From an uncultured Fibrobacterota bacterium (lineage in GTDB: Bacteria; Fibrobacterota; Chitinivibrionia; Chitinivibrionales; FEN-1185): 64,000 nt of DNA. Location of the stretch: the NCBI GenBank assembly GCA_963753345.1, contig CAVWBU010000049.1:192001-256000 (forward strand), in the 5' to 3' direction. The notes beneath the pieces are model-generated. The model saw only the letters and a program-made list of their open reading frames with translations. It did not search any database and was not told the DNA's origin. Both the position numbers and the translations under genes were made by a program. Shown one piece after another: positions 49,687 to 60,932 of the stretch; the first letter of the stretch is position 1; each line of letters begins with the position of its first letter.

Positions 49687-49724
49687 GGGCTCATAACCAA
49701 AATGTCGCTCGTTCAAATCGGGCC
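49687..49724 (+). repeat. tRNA-Met 3'-half relic / att-like site 2
   Basis: GGGCTCATAACCAAAATGTCGCTCGTTCAAATCGGGCC versus tRNA GGGCTCATAACCCGAAGGTCGTCCGTTCAAATCGGACC. Confidence 0.75.
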
Positions 49725-49761
49725 GAAAATGCCGCTGATAACCAGGTCAATATCCGATCAT

Positions 49762-51945
49762 CTATTTCAAAATAAACTTCTTGTTGATCTTCTGCCGATC
49801 TGACTCCGCAGTAACAAAGTACACGCCCTTTGGGTATTCTGAGACGTCAATGTCTTGTGCGGTGCGGGTATTCGTACTGCCTTGGTACACTACGCGACCC
49901 TGAACATCGGTAATAAAAAGCCGATTTACCGGCAGGCCGCCCAAGGCAAAGTGGAGATGAGTGCCTGCAGCACGAAGATAAATTGCAACGGTTTTCGCTT
50001 GGGATGAGGTTGTGGCCTTTAAAGTTGCGGTGTTTTCCTGGAAAAACCTGAAATAGTTTATGTTGTACAGATATCCGGACCCCTTATATACCAGATAAAG
50101 GTTTTGCAATCCTTTGGCTAAAGCAATTGGCGCTGCAACAGTTGTGTAGGTACTCCAGCTGCCCGTGCCTGGTACCGTAACGGTTCCGATCAGTGTGCCG
50201 GTTATTCCACCAAGCCTGATTTCAATGGTTCCGCCGGCCGTTGCGCTCGAAACTCTGAATCCGACACTATCAGCGCCGGTTGAACCAAAATCCACGTTCA
50301 TGTATGCGGTGTAGTATCCGTCCTGAATGCCGCCAAGCTGGTCAACGCCGCTCACGTCGGCGGTTGGTTCGACAATGACCCCTTTCAAATAATCAAAGTC
50401 TTCAGCTTCAATTGTTGCGTAAGCGTCTTTGGTGATTGTTGTAGACAGAGGACAATTGATCATCAGCGAAACGGCCGTAGATGCGCTGAACGCCGTGTAC
50501 TGCGCGGTATCGGAAGCCCTGTTTCCCCACAAGGTGCCGATAATATCGCTTGTGTCACGGTTGTTATAGGCTACTTTTGCGTTGAGCTGCAACCAGGCTA
50601 TATAATCGGGCTTGTTGAGATCAACGACATAGCGACGGGCATACCGCATGAATATTCCCTTGAATCCGCAGAGATCCGGTCCGTCCTCCGAATTGATTAC
50701 ATTCGATTGGAACATGGTGTTTTGCGTATAGCCTGCAATGGTGAGTGCATCATCGAGATAGGTGGTGTCTTTGGTGTAATTGTAAAGCATTACCGCAGCG
50801 CCCAGGTATGTTCCTTGATTATAGGTAGAACTCCAGTCACCGACCTTTCCGTCATAATTATCGTTCACCTTGCCGGTGCTTCTGACCAGCAAGTATATCC
50901 TTGACCACGTGTAGATTTGCTGTGCCTTTGTAAAGTACGTTGTGTCGCCTGTTGCCTGTCCCAGGTACATTGCCGCCACGGTTGCCGGCCCGTTGATACA
51001 GGAGTTTTTCGTGGTCAGCCCCTGCTCCCACAATAACCCACCGCCGTACCCGGTAGTCCACGCGCGGGAATACATCTCGTCAAATTGTTGTTTGGCCTTG
51101 TTCAGGTAGGTTTGGTTGCCGGAAAGGAGAGCGGCGCGAACACATGCGATGACCGCCCAGGTGATATCATCGTTAAAATTGTTCCACATCCAGTCGGCGC
51201 CCTGTTTCGCGATAAATCCCTTGTACATCTGATCGAACATGTCCCTGTATTTTGCAAGACCGGTGACTTCGTAGGCGTCATCCACAATCTCCATTATTTC
51301 GGCGATACCCCAAAAGCCCTCGCCGTTGACATACCCTCCTGCCGCATCTGTCGAGTAATACTTGGTTTTCCATGCCGCAAAAATCTGATCGGCAATCGCA
51401 GCAGCGGGCGCGGCAATCTGGGATGATTGTGCCTGGAATAGCCACTTTTGAGAGTCATCGGAATTCGATTGCCATAAGAGGACATTGGCGCCATTTGCAT
51501 TCGTTCCGTTCAATAGATCGAGTGAAAAATTCGGGTTGGCGGCGGTTTTCAATTCATAGTAGCCGCCGCCGGCATCCACGATGCTCCACGCAACGGTGTT
51601 GTCGTTGGTGTTGCTGTTCTGATCAACATTTACCGAGTTGGCAGGTGTTGCATTGGCACTATGCAACAATTTCCCGCTTCCGGCGTTTGTCAATGTGTAG
51701 AGGCCATTTCCGCTGTAGATCACCATCCAGCGCTCCGCATCCGATCCAGTATTCGTCCATGTATCGACATTGCCGCCATTTGCCATGGAAGAATTGCCGA
51801 CATCCAGCAATTTGCCGCTCGCCTTGGATGAAAGAGTGTACAGTGCGCCCGATGTAATGCCGGCGGTTTGTGGGAAACAAATGTCAATAGCGGCCAGCAC
51901 CATAATTAGCAAAAGGCAAACCGGATGAAACGGGAATGATTTCAT
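49762..51945 (-). CDS. Secreted GH76 alpha-1,6-mannanase-like enzyme: ricin lectin + GH76 + CBM6 + T9SS-type C-terminal domain
   Basis: Ricin-type SGKLLDV/QKW repeats; FNDDITW, KNSCIN, TYNQG, FKGIFMR; IEAEDF...VDFGS...GTGSWSTY; IDVSEYPKGVYFV...KKFILK. Confidence 0.9.
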   Translation of the reverse strand: MKSFPFHPVCLLLIMVLAAIDICFPQTAGITSGALYTLSSKASGKLLDVGNSSMANGGNVDTWTNTGSDAERWMVIYSGNGLYTLTNAGSGKLLHSANATPANSVNVDQNSNTNDNTVAWSIVDAGGGYYELKTAANPNFSLDLLNGTNANGANVLLWQSNSDDSQKWLFQAQSSQIAAPAAAIADQIFAAWKTKYYSTDAAGGYVNGEGFWGIAEIMEIVDDAYEVTGLAKYRDMFDQMYKGFIAKQGADWMWNNFNDDITWAVIACVRAALLSGNQTYLNKAKQQFDEMYSRAWTTGYGGGLLWEQGLTTKNSCINGPATVAAMYLGQATGDTTYFTKAQQIYTWSRIYLLVRSTGKVNDNYDGKVGDWSSTYNQGTYLGAAVMLYNYTKDTTYLDDALTIAGYTQNTMFQSNVINSEDGPDLCGFKGIFMRYARRYVVDLNKPDYIAWLQLNAKVAYNNRDTSDIIGTLWGNRASDTAQYTAFSASTAVSLMINCPLSTTITKDAYATIEAEDFDYLKGVIVEPTADVSGVDQLGGIQDGYYTAYMNVDFGSTGADSVGFRVSSATAGGTIEIRLGGITGTLIGTVTVPGTGSWSTYTTVAAPIALAKGLQNLYLVYKGSGYLYNINYFRFFQENTATLKATTSSQAKTVAIYLRAAGTHLHFALGGLPVNRLFITDVQGRVVYQGSTNTRTAQDIDVSEYPKGVYFVTAESDRQKINKKFILK

Positions 51946-52204
51946 GGCCTCTTCCTTCCTTTCAGATTTCTATCAGCGCGTGGTCCCGTCCTGTGAAATG
52001 ACCGCGTTTGAGACAAACTACAGGTAATTTACCTCTAAAATATTTCATCAGCCTGGTGATTATCTCTATCGTTGGAGAAGAGCTGAACATTAGGTAGGTA
52101 TGGAAGAATGTTTCATGTGGGTCCGGTTTCCCAAAAAGGAGCTTCCAATCAGCTCACCAATACCAAGAATATTACCGGTAATTGATTATTCAAATTGAGC
52201 CGTT

Positions 52205-52939
52205 ATGCAAAAACATAATACTGTGGTTTTAATTCTGGTTTCATGCGTTGTGCTGATGGCAATGTGGGGCTGCACATCGCCATCCTCCAGCCCGACGTCA
52301 TCAACCATTAATCTCGGTTTGGTTGCTTATTACCCCTTTAATGGGAATGCAAACGATGAAAGCGGCCATGGGTTCAATGGAATTGTCAATGGCGCGACAT
52401 TAACGACAGACAGGTTTGGTCATCCTGATAAGGCATATTACTTTAACGGAAGCAGCGGCATTTCAACAACCGTGGATACAACTTTGTCTTTAACGAAATT
52501 CACCATGGCGGCCTGGTTTGAGAGTGATGCGGCAACAAATGCCCGCATTGTGGCGGTAACCCGGCTGTCCCAATGCAATTGCTACTATGGAATCATCCAT
52601 GAGAATCAGAACGAACTGCAGATCATGCTGCTCACTGATTCCACCAGCGTCACCGGATACAGGGTGAGTAACTCTCAAGCAGCGCCCAGCTCGGGATCAT
52701 GGCATCACTGCGCGACAACATATTCCAACGGAGTCCTGAAAATCTACGTTGACGGTGCACTTGATGATTCGGTGACTTCCGTGGCTCCTCTGGAAACGCA
52801 ATTCAGGTCCTCGGCGGCTTTGCAAATAGGGTTTTGTGCCGCGGATAACAAATTTATCGGCAAATTGGATGATATTCGAATCTATAACAGGGTTCTAACG
52901 GATGCTGAAATAGCTGCTGTCTATTCGTTCCTTAATTGA
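52205..52939 (+). CDS. LamG/concanavalin-like lipoprotein
   Basis: Lipobox-like MWGC; LVAYYPFNGNANDESG, WHH, IYVDG, GKLDDIRIYNRVLT. Confidence 0.88.
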   Translation: MQKHNTVVLILVSCVVLMAMWGCTSPSSSPTSSTINLGLVAYYPFNGNANDESGHGFNGIVNGATLTTDRFGHPDKAYYFNGSSGISTTVDTTLSLTKFTMAAWFESDAATNARIVAVTRLSQCNCYYGIIHENQNELQIMLLTDSTSVTGYRVSNSQAAPSSGSWHHCATTYSNGVLKIYVDGALDDSVTSVAPLETQFRSSAALQIGFCAADNKFIGKLDDIRIYNRVLTDAEIAAVYSFLN

Positions 52940-53123
52940 CAAGCGAACATGCTTCTTTCTGTCGTAATGCCTTGCTGTCTATCAGCCTGTATATACTTTG
53001 ACCAGCCACGTGCTTTCCGTCTTCCTACCCACCTTTTTCAGGGAGGAAGCCAGCATGTAACATAATGGGGTTTTTGCTCTTGCTGTCTTGACCGCCGACA
53101 TCATGCCATGGGGCTGGGGCGTG

Positions 53124-53143
53124 AAATCGAGCCCCCGCTTACC
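53124..53143 (+). repeat. tRNA-Met 3'-end relic / att-like site 3
   Basis: AAATCGAGCCCCCGCTTACC; first 16 nt identical to relic 1. Confidence 0.6.
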
Positions 53144-54182
53144 TCATCCGTTTGTAAACAACATGCGCCCCATCGTTCTCACTTCCCTCGTAATGCCCGC
53201 GGTTGATCCTTTTTACGGTGTTGACTATGGGCGCCTTGGCGACCCCGACCCACTCCTTGGTGAATGTTGCCGTGCCGCTTGCCGGGTCATACCTGAAACC
53301 CGTAATATTGAACTTGTGTTTGCCTTCGACCATGCACTTTGTTCCGTCAACAATCTGGAACTCCTCAGACCCTGACTCCCCTCCATCGTGAGAATAGGCA
53401 TTGCTCCATATCCCTGGAAATATGGATTCAATTGTTGCGCCGGTCTGAGCCGGTGCAACGCCCTGGTCCGGAGAAGGAACGGATATCGCGGCCGGCGCTT
53501 CTGCCGCTTGTAAACCTACAACTCGCGCTTTTTCCGTTTTTGCAGGAATGGACGCAGGGGCGGGCGCTTTCATGGCTTGCGGGCCCGTATCCGGCGCCTT
53601 TCCTATTCTTTCGGGAATCTCTTCCCTGTGTTCAACTGTTTGCGGCGGCAATGGCTTCCCACCCGCTTTTACGGTCTTCCCGGATTTCCGCTTCTTCAAT
53701 TCAGCCTTGATCTTTTTAAGAAAGTTCTTCGAATTGTCATGCCAGTTCGATTTCAATTCGTCATCCTTAACGGCCTTCCGGTCCAGGGACTTGTTTACTT
53801 CCTTGCACAAGGTGAACACTTGCTGTTCATTCAACGCCGTTGCCTTAAACAAGGACAAGGGCATCTTCAGATTGCCGGGCGTCATGTTAATTAATACAGG
53901 GAGGATCTTGTTGTCTCTCGATCCCTTATAAATGGAACCGGCCTCAAAATGAATCCGCGGATTCTCCGCAGTGTCTTTTGTCAGGAAGACGAGCGCACAG
54001 GCGGAGCGGGCCATTCGCTTCGACGTTTCGTTAAGCCATTGTTTTCCCTTCTTGGTTTCCAACGGCACATACGGATTTGCCCCGGGAACAATCTTTGGAA
54101 GATATTCCCGGAAAATTCCTGCAATTTTCCGGCTCAAAGGACCGTCCCAGCTCATGAAGACATTTTCCGAAGCCATAGTCAT
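53139..54182 (-). CDS. TIR-domain protein with a low-complexity linker and an unknown C-terminal domain
   Basis: VFMSW, GKQW, ALVFLT, IHFEAG (putative catalytic Glu), ILPVL, PLSLFKA. Confidence 0.75.
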   Translation of the reverse strand: MTMASENVFMSWDGPLSRKIAGIFREYLPKIVPGANPYVPLETKKGKQWLNETSKRMARSACALVFLTKDTAENPRIHFEAGSIYKGSRDNKILPVLINMTPGNLKMPLSLFKATALNEQQVFTLCKEVNKSLDRKAVKDDELKSNWHDNSKNFLKKIKAELKKRKSGKTVKAGGKPLPPQTVEHREEIPERIGKAPDTGPQAMKAPAPASIPAKTEKARVVGLQAAEAPAAISVPSPDQGVAPAQTGATIESIFPGIWSNAYSHDGGESGSEEFQIVDGTKCMVEGKHKFNITGFRYDPASGTATFTKEWVGVAKAPIVNTVKRINRGHYEGSENDGAHVVYKRMR

Positions 54183-54383
54183 CCTTTCTGAGAAAGAAAT
54201 GTGTCCGTTTGTTTCCTTGATGCCTCTTGCCGCGCAATCCCCGTGACTTGGTTCCTGATTCTTCTCTATAAACTAAGTTATCACTCATACGGTAAGTCAA
54301 CTCTATCCCGCAAATAGATTGCTCCGAGTCTCTGATGGTGAGGGTTAAGCGGCTGCCGGCGAAAATTGGTTGACATTGCATTG

Positions 54384-54413
54384 TTGACAAAAATATCGCG
54401 GCAACCGTATACT
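54384..54413 (+). promoter_or_regulatory. Putative sigma70 promoter
   Basis: TTGACA-N18-TATACT upstream of the 54612 ORF. Confidence 0.5.
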
Positions 54414-54611
54414 CTCAAGTGATGGCCCTCCTAGGAAATAACGAATGTTTCAAAGCCCTGTCTTCTGTTTCTCCCTTTGCCGGAGAATGCTATTAAGGTG
54501 CGTTCTGCGCGCATCTCCAGCCGGCCGTCCAGAATTGTTTGTCCGGTTTTGGCTACCGGTCCACTTTGGCACTACGGTTCCAACGAATATCAAGAAGAAA
54601 GCGACTGGTCT

Positions 54612-55436
54612 ATGAGGACGTCTGCTTGTTTGCCGGCTGTTGTTATAATCTTCAATTCTTGTGCTCTCGCTCAGGTTGACACTATCCATGATACCACTGA
54701 TTTTCCGACCAAGTACAGTATCTCGGTAACCCCGATGGCGACATTGTCCTGCCCGAATTTCAAGTTTGGCGACAATTATTCACCCTATTGGGGAGGTGGC
54801 GCCAAAGCCTGTCTTACCATGGACGTCAGGGAAGGCATGGCGGGATTTGATTTGGGTTTGTCGTGGTATTACGATCAGTTCAAGGCAAAAGAAACAGGTA
54901 CAATCGCCGGCATGAACAATCTCAGTTTAGGTTTTGACATGTATGTTTATTGGATTATTTCCGGAATTAACTTCGGTGCCTCCCAATTTGATGCCAGTGA
55001 TGCAATTTACAATAGCCTTGGTGGAAAAACAGGTACGGAATTTGGCGCCCGAAACAGGGAATTGGCATTTTCTTATTCCCGCTATTTCGGTTTGCGTGTC
55101 CCGATCGGCGGCTGGGTTGCTGTGGACTGCGAATATCAGCTTGTTTCCCTGGAAACAAGCTATATGTTCTGGCACAACTCGCTTTCCGGCGGGATCGCAG
55201 GCGTAACTATGGCGCCTTTTACCCTTGCTGCCGCAAGTTGCCTAATGAACAAAAATATTCTAGGGGCAATTATTTCGAAGGTATTGGGCGCCGGCGTTTC
55301 CTGGGCCTGGTATTATTTCGGTTACAAGAATCACGACTGGCCTTGGCATGATCCCAGTCCGATGTGCTTTCCACGATGTCTCCTTGGGGTAACTTTCAAT
55401 ATCGGGCGTTGGGCTCCAATTCAGGACGCAAATTGA
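54612..55436 (+). CDS. Exported hypothetical protein, beta-barrel-like with a hydrophobic insert
   Basis: Signal-like N-terminus; aromatic alternating strands; ends LLGVTFNIG. Confidence 0.55.
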   Translation: MRTSACLPAVVIIFNSCALAQVDTIHDTTDFPTKYSISVTPMATLSCPNFKFGDNYSPYWGGGAKACLTMDVREGMAGFDLGLSWYYDQFKAKETGTIAGMNNLSLGFDMYVYWIISGINFGASQFDASDAIYNSLGGKTGTEFGARNRELAFSYSRYFGLRVPIGGWVAVDCEYQLVSLETSYMFWHNSLSGGIAGVTMAPFTLAAASCLMNKNILGAIISKVLGAGVSWAWYYFGYKNHDWPWHDPSPMCFPRCLLGVTFNIGRWAPIQDAN

Positions 55437-55608
55437 GGCTTGCCGGGAACAAGTTTATGACCGGCGTTTGAAGGGATGCCGAGCGCTCTTGCAGCGGCTG
55501 TTTCGGCCACTTTTCTTGTCACCACGCTGCCGGTAATAATTGCGATACCTGCAAGAGTTTGACCATGAGCGCGCAGGGCGGTCAACCACGGGGAAATACG
55601 GCAGGAGA

Positions 55609-55650
55609 TCGCAAAAAAAATGGGCAAAAAACCATTCCAAAGCGTATCTT
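55609..55650 (+). promoter_or_regulatory. Conserved upstream motif of the GH64-like paralogs, copy 1 (others at 57362-57403, 59151-59191, 61213-61254)
   Basis: TCG(C)-A8 ... C(G/A)AA ... TTCCNNAGCGTATCTT in all four leaders. Confidence 0.7.
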
Positions 55651-55713
55651 TATGAAAAGCAACAATCGCACGTTTTTCTTTGTCTTATTCACCAAAAGAT
55701 GGGGGAGGGTGAA

Positions 55714-57266
55714 ATGAAAAAAGCGGCAGTGTCGTGTCTGATGGCGGCGTTATTCGCCTGGTCTGTCTTTTCCCAAACCGTCAACATTTGCGGAAAGGTG
55801 ACGGACCCGGCAGGGAATCCCCTGACCCACACGGTGGTCAGGCTGGGCCAGGCAACGCAGGATTACGGTTTCGGGCCGATGCCGTATATGGTAAACACGG
55901 ACGCCAACGGCCAATACCAACTGGGAACAGGGGCCTGCCCTCCCACCAACGTACTTAGGGTAAGCAAGGCCGCTCATGGCGGCGCATATCCGAAGCCGGT
56001 GTACATGGGTGGAAAAGTGCTGTTCAGCGTGCTTCCGGTCAAGGCCTGGGTGAAGATGAGCATGTATGATCTGGCCGGCAGGTTTGTAAGAGACGTGTTG
56101 AACAGCACGCTTACCAGGGGAAATTACTCCGGATCGATTGACACGCGCGGGATTTCGTCACAGTACTATCTGCTTCGCGTGACCATCAACGGTGCGACAA
56201 ACGTTTTGAAATTCCGTCCGCTTTCACGCGTTCAGGGCGCGACCCTGGCCCAAAACGAACCCGATTTCCAGGCCAGGCTCGAAAAAGTCGCGGCTGTGGT
56301 GGACACACTGCATGTAACTGAACCGGGTTACAGCATCGGCGTCACGCCGATAGACACGCTGGTGGGGCATTACGATTTCGTGTTGACAAAGACCACTTCA
56401 TGGACCGGCGACAAGGCCTCCATCGCCGCCTTCTGGGGAGACACGAGCACCTATCCGAAGAATTTTCAGTACATTATTCTCAACAGGACCAACGGTGCAT
56501 GGCCGGACTCCAAGGTTTGCTGGGGGGGAACAAGACTCCGCTTTCCACGGCGAATACAAAGCCGATCGCCAGCGAGAGATTCTATATCTATATCGATCCC
56601 ACCGATTCCAACAGCAGATATTTTGATTTTCTCGAAGTTAACGCAGGGGGCGGGATGTTCAATGGCAATTCCACCCGGGTGGACGGATGGAGGCTTCCCA
56701 TTGCTTTCCGGCTCCATACCTCGACCGGCATCGATACCATAATGGGCGATGCGTATGAAACGTTCTTTCAAACACGCCAGGCGAAATTTGATGAATTTCT
56801 GAATGAGGTGCCGAAGGAATTCACCCCTCTTGCAAAAGTAAATTTTGCCAATATCTATTCAGCCCAAATGATGGCGGTCAACTATTACAACACGGGCGGC
56901 GTGTATGCGACTTATTTCGACAAATACCAGGACTCTGTCATTGCCCACAACACAGGCGCACCTACTTTAACCACTACCTGGAACGTTTTGGCCTGTGCGG
57001 GTCCGTTGGGCGCTTCAGCCGATTGGTGCGCCGCCTACAACAGGCACGTCGGAACTCTGCCGCAAGGCGCGAATTTTGCAAACTGGCGCGTCAATGACTC
57101 CGCATCGTACTATCAGACGGCGCCGTGCAACTATTTCTCGCGGTGGTGCCATCGTCGGTCGATAAACAATTACTGCTACGGGTTTGCCTACGACGACGAC
57201 GGCGGCCATCAGGCGTTTATGGGCATAGGCAATGTCCAGTGGATTGCGGTCGCGATAGGGTGGTAA
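55714..57266 (+). CDS. GH64-like beta-1,3-glucanase paralog 1; -1 indel in a G7 run at 56522-56528
   Basis: Signal peptide; YFDFLE, TRVDGW, NYFSRWCH...CYGFAYDD; two ORF-track frames join at the G run. Confidence 0.75.
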
Positions 57267-57297
57267 CAGGCCGACAAGTCCGCAGCGTTTTCCCGTA

Positions 57298-57331
57298 GAG
57301 AACCACGGCCTTTGGCCGTGGTTCTTTTTTT
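57298..57331 (+). terminator. Intrinsic terminator
   Basis: AGAACCACGGCC-TTT-GGCCGTGGTTCT followed by a T run. Confidence 0.85.
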
Positions 57332-57479
57332 CCCTCGCAGGGGCGCCAAGCGCAAGGGTGCTCGCAAAAAAAATGAGCGAAGGGCCGTTCCGAAGCGTAT
57401 CTTAATGACATAAGAGAAATTGGACAAAGGCAAGTTCCGACCTGCCCTTCGGCTCAACCCGGAAAAAGGGGAGGGTGAA

Positions 57480-59047
57480 ATGAAAAGAACAGCAGCAGCG
57501 GGTCTGATGCTGGCATTTTTCGCCTGGCCGGTTTTTTCCCAACCACTCTGCGTTGAGGGATTTGTTACCGATCAGAACGGACAACCCCTGCCCAACACGG
57601 AGGTCAGGTTGGGCCAGACAACCTATGACAATGGGTATGGGCAATCCCCCTACATAACGACAACCGGCAGCAACGGTTATTACTGGCTGGGAGAGGGAAT
57701 TCTTTGCTGCGACCGGATCGTCATCCCGAAAAGTACGCTTGCCCGGGGAGACGCCTTTTTGCAGCCCATCTACACGGGCGGAAAAGTCCTGTTTGGCCCT
57801 CCGGCGGGCGATGCGCTGGTGAGGATGAGCCTATACGATTTGTCCGGCCGGCTCGTGCGCGACGTGATGAACAAACGTCTTTCCAAAGGCGATTATTCCG
57901 TATCAATTGACACGCGCGGTATTTCTTCCCGGTTCTATCTGCTTCGGGTGACCATCAACGGCGCCGCTTTTGTCATGAAGCTGCAGCCCGCGTCGCGCCT
58001 GTCGGGAGGGGCGGTTGTCCAGAGTTCTCCCGGATTCGATACCCGGCTGGAAAAGCTCAGCGCGGCGGTTGATACCCTGCATGCCACCAAGCCCGGCTAC
58101 ACGATCGGCGTCACGCCGATAACCACCACGATGTGTGCGCGTTACGACTTCACCATGACAAAAAATACTACGTTCAATGGCGACACAAATGCCTTCTGGG
58201 GGGACACGAGCAAGTATCCGAAGACGAGTCCGATTCAGTTCATTATTCTGAACCGGACCAACGGCGCGTTCCCGGACAGCAAGATTTTCTGGAGCAATCA
58301 GCAGAACGGAGCAAAAACTTCTATCGCCACGCAATCCACGGTTCAGGATCCCCAACGGCGGCGGAAGGTTCTACATTTGGGTTGCTCCCAACGATTCAGG
58401 GAACCGATATTTCGATATTATTGAATTTAATTCTTCTGCAACGCACTTGGTCAGGCAATACCACCCGTGTGGATGGATGGAGGCTTCCGATAGCATTCCG
58501 GGTACATACCTCTATCGGCATAGATCCCACAATAGGTGACGTCTATGAAATGTTCTATCAGTCACGCCAGGCGAAGTTCGACGAATTCACAAACGAGGTG
58601 CCGAAGGAATTTACCGGTCTTGCCACCCAGGATTTTGCCCACATCTGGTCGCCCTATGCCTCGCCTGTCAATTATTTTGACACAGGCCGTGTATATGCAG
58701 ACTACTTCGACAGGTATCAGGATTCGGTCATAGCTCACAACCCCGGCGCACCTGCCAAAACGACTTCCTGGAACATTTTTGCGTGTAGAGGGTTTTCTTC
58801 ACCTGATTATTCCGGGGCCTACAACAGGCACGTCGGAACGCTTCCTCAAGGCACCAATTTTGTGAACTGGCGCACCAACGACACGAGCTATTATTACCAG
58901 GCAGCGCCATGCAACTACTTTTCAAAATGGTGTCACCTCAGGTCGTTGCACAATTTGTGCTACGGATTTCCTTACGACGACGGGAACCATTCGGCGTATA
59001 TCCAACAGTACAATGTCCAGTGGGTGGCGATTGCGGTAGGGTGGTAA
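57480..59047 (+). CDS. GH64-like paralog 2; two +1 indels near 58347 and 58444
   Basis: Segment between the indels reads IPNGGGRFYIWVAPNDSGNRYFDIIEFN in the third frame; ends CYGFPYDD...VAIAVGW. Confidence 0.72.
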
Positions 59048-59294
59048 ACGGTTGAGAAGCCGACGGTGATCTCAGAAGAACCACGGCATGATCCCGTGTT
59101 TCTTTTTTATTTCGAACAGGTAAGAAGTATTTTTTAAAAAGGCTGATTGCTCGAAAAAAAACCGACGAAGTCCGGTTCCGCAGCGTATCTTTGTGACAGG
59201 AGCAAAGGCCTCGATTTCCCGAATCATGACGGATGGCATAGTAAAATTTACACGTTTAACAAGTTCTATTCACCAAAAAATGGGGGAGGGTGAA

Positions 59295-60914
59295 ATGAAA
59301 AGAACAGCAGTAGCGGGTCTGATGGCGGCGTTTTTCGCCGGGTCTGTTTTTTCCCAGACCGTCAACCTTTGCGGAGCGGTAACGGATCAGGGCGGGCAAC
59401 CGCTCACCCATACCGTAATCAGACTCAGCACGACGACCTACGATAACGGCTATTGGGCCACGGCGCCCTATATGGCCGTTACCGACGCAAGCGGCCATTA
59501 TCATATAGGGACCGGGACCTGCATCGTCAACACCATTGTCCCGGGCACCCCTATGCGGGGCGAGGCCTTTTCGCAGCCGATGTATGTTGGCGGCAAGGTA
59601 TTGTTCAGCCTCCCTCAAAGCAATGCGCCGGTGAGGATGAGCATATTTGACTTGTCCGGCCGGCTCGTACGCGACGTGATGAACAAAAATCTTTCCAAGG
59701 GCACCTATTCGGTGTCAATTGACACGCGCGGTATTTCTTCCCAGTTCTATCTGCTTCGGGTGACCATCAACGGTGCCGCATCGGTTATGAAGCTGCAGCC
59801 CGCGCTGCGCCTGACGGGCGGGGAAGTCGTTCAGAGCGTTTCCGGATTTGAGACCCGGCTGGAAAAGATGGCCGCGGTGGTGGACACCCTGCACGCCACC
59901 GAGCCCGGTTATACCCTCGGCGTCACGCCGATTGGCGCGCTGACGGGACAGTACGATTTCGTTTTGACAAAGAATAATACGTGGAACGGCGACAAGAACG
60001 CCTTCTGGGGCGACACGAGCACGTATCCCAGGGCGGGCACTACGCCGATGTATGTCATGCTGAACAGGACCAACGGCAAATGGCCGGACAGCAAAATCGG
60101 CTGGACCACCACCAGAGGGGGTGCCACCACCCCCTTTTCACAAACTAACATGAAACCGCTCGGGGGCGGGCTGTTCATTTATATAGCTCCCACCGATTCA
60201 AATATGAGATATTTCGATTTCCTTGAAGTAAATGGCGGCGGCGCCAGCTTTTTGGGCAACACCACCCGTGTTGACGGATGGAGGCTTCCCATCACGTTCC
60301 GGATCAAAACAACCGACGGCAAAGACACCGTCATGGGCGACTCCTACTGGCTGTACTTCCAATCGCGCGAATCGAAATTCGCCGAATTTATCAATGAGGT
60401 TCCGAAGGAGTTCACCTGGGAGGCCACGCACGATTTCGCGAACATCTGGGCCCCGCATAAAATGGACCCCTTCCCCTTCCGGTCCACCGGACCCTATGGC
60501 GATTACTACAAACGGTATCAGGATTCGGTCGTTAAAAACTATGTCAAGGACCCGCTCTGGGTGAATAAACCGGGCTACGGCGCACCCGCTAACGATCCCG
60601 GTCCCGAACCGGAAGTGACGCAGGCCGACGATGTTTTCGCCTGCGCCGGTGCGTTTGGCTCTTTACCCATTTGGGCGGCTGCCATGAACCGGCATGTCGC
60701 CCATCTGCCGCAAGGTGTTGACTGTTATAATTGGAGCTACGTCGATACCGCTAATTATTATACAGACGCACCTGCTAATTTCTATTCCCGCTGGTGTCAT
60801 CGGCGAGCCATCAACGACTACTGCTACGGCTTCCCCTATGATGACAATGGAGATCATGAGGCATACATTTCCATCGGCAACATCCAGTGGATGGCGGTAG
60901 CGATCGGGTGGTAG
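59295..60914 (+). CDS. GH64-like paralog 3 (intact)
   Basis: Signal peptide; YFDFLE; NTTRVDGW; NFYSRWCH...CYGFPYDD; ends MAVAIGW. Confidence 0.8.
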   Translation: MKRTAVAGLMAAFFAGSVFSQTVNLCGAVTDQGGQPLTHTVIRLSTTTYDNGYWATAPYMAVTDASGHYHIGTGTCIVNTIVPGTPMRGEAFSQPMYVGGKVLFSLPQSNAPVRMSIFDLSGRLVRDVMNKNLSKGTYSVSIDTRGISSQFYLLRVTINGAASVMKLQPALRLTGGEVVQSVSGFETRLEKMAAVVDTLHATEPGYTLGVTPIGALTGQYDFVLTKNNTWNGDKNAFWGDTSTYPRAGTTPMYVMLNRTNGKWPDSKIGWTTTRGGATTPFSQTNMKPLGGGLFIYIAPTDSNMRYFDFLEVNGGGASFLGNTTRVDGWRLPITFRIKTTDGKDTVMGDSYWLYFQSRESKFAEFINEVPKEFTWEATHDFANIWAPHKMDPFPFRSTGPYGDYYKRYQDSVVKNYVKDPLWVNKPGYGAPANDPGPEPEVTQADDVFACAGAFGSLPIWAAAMNRHVAHLPQGVDCYNWSYVDTANYYTDAPANFYSRWCHRRAINDYCYGFPYDDNGDHEAYISIGNIQWMAVAIGW

Positions 60915-60932
60915 AAATATCAAATAAAGATC

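Noticed and set aside
48824-55600. Intact prophage or ICE at tRNA-fMet
   Set aside because: No integrase, replication, conjugation or virion genes in the window; only att-like relics.
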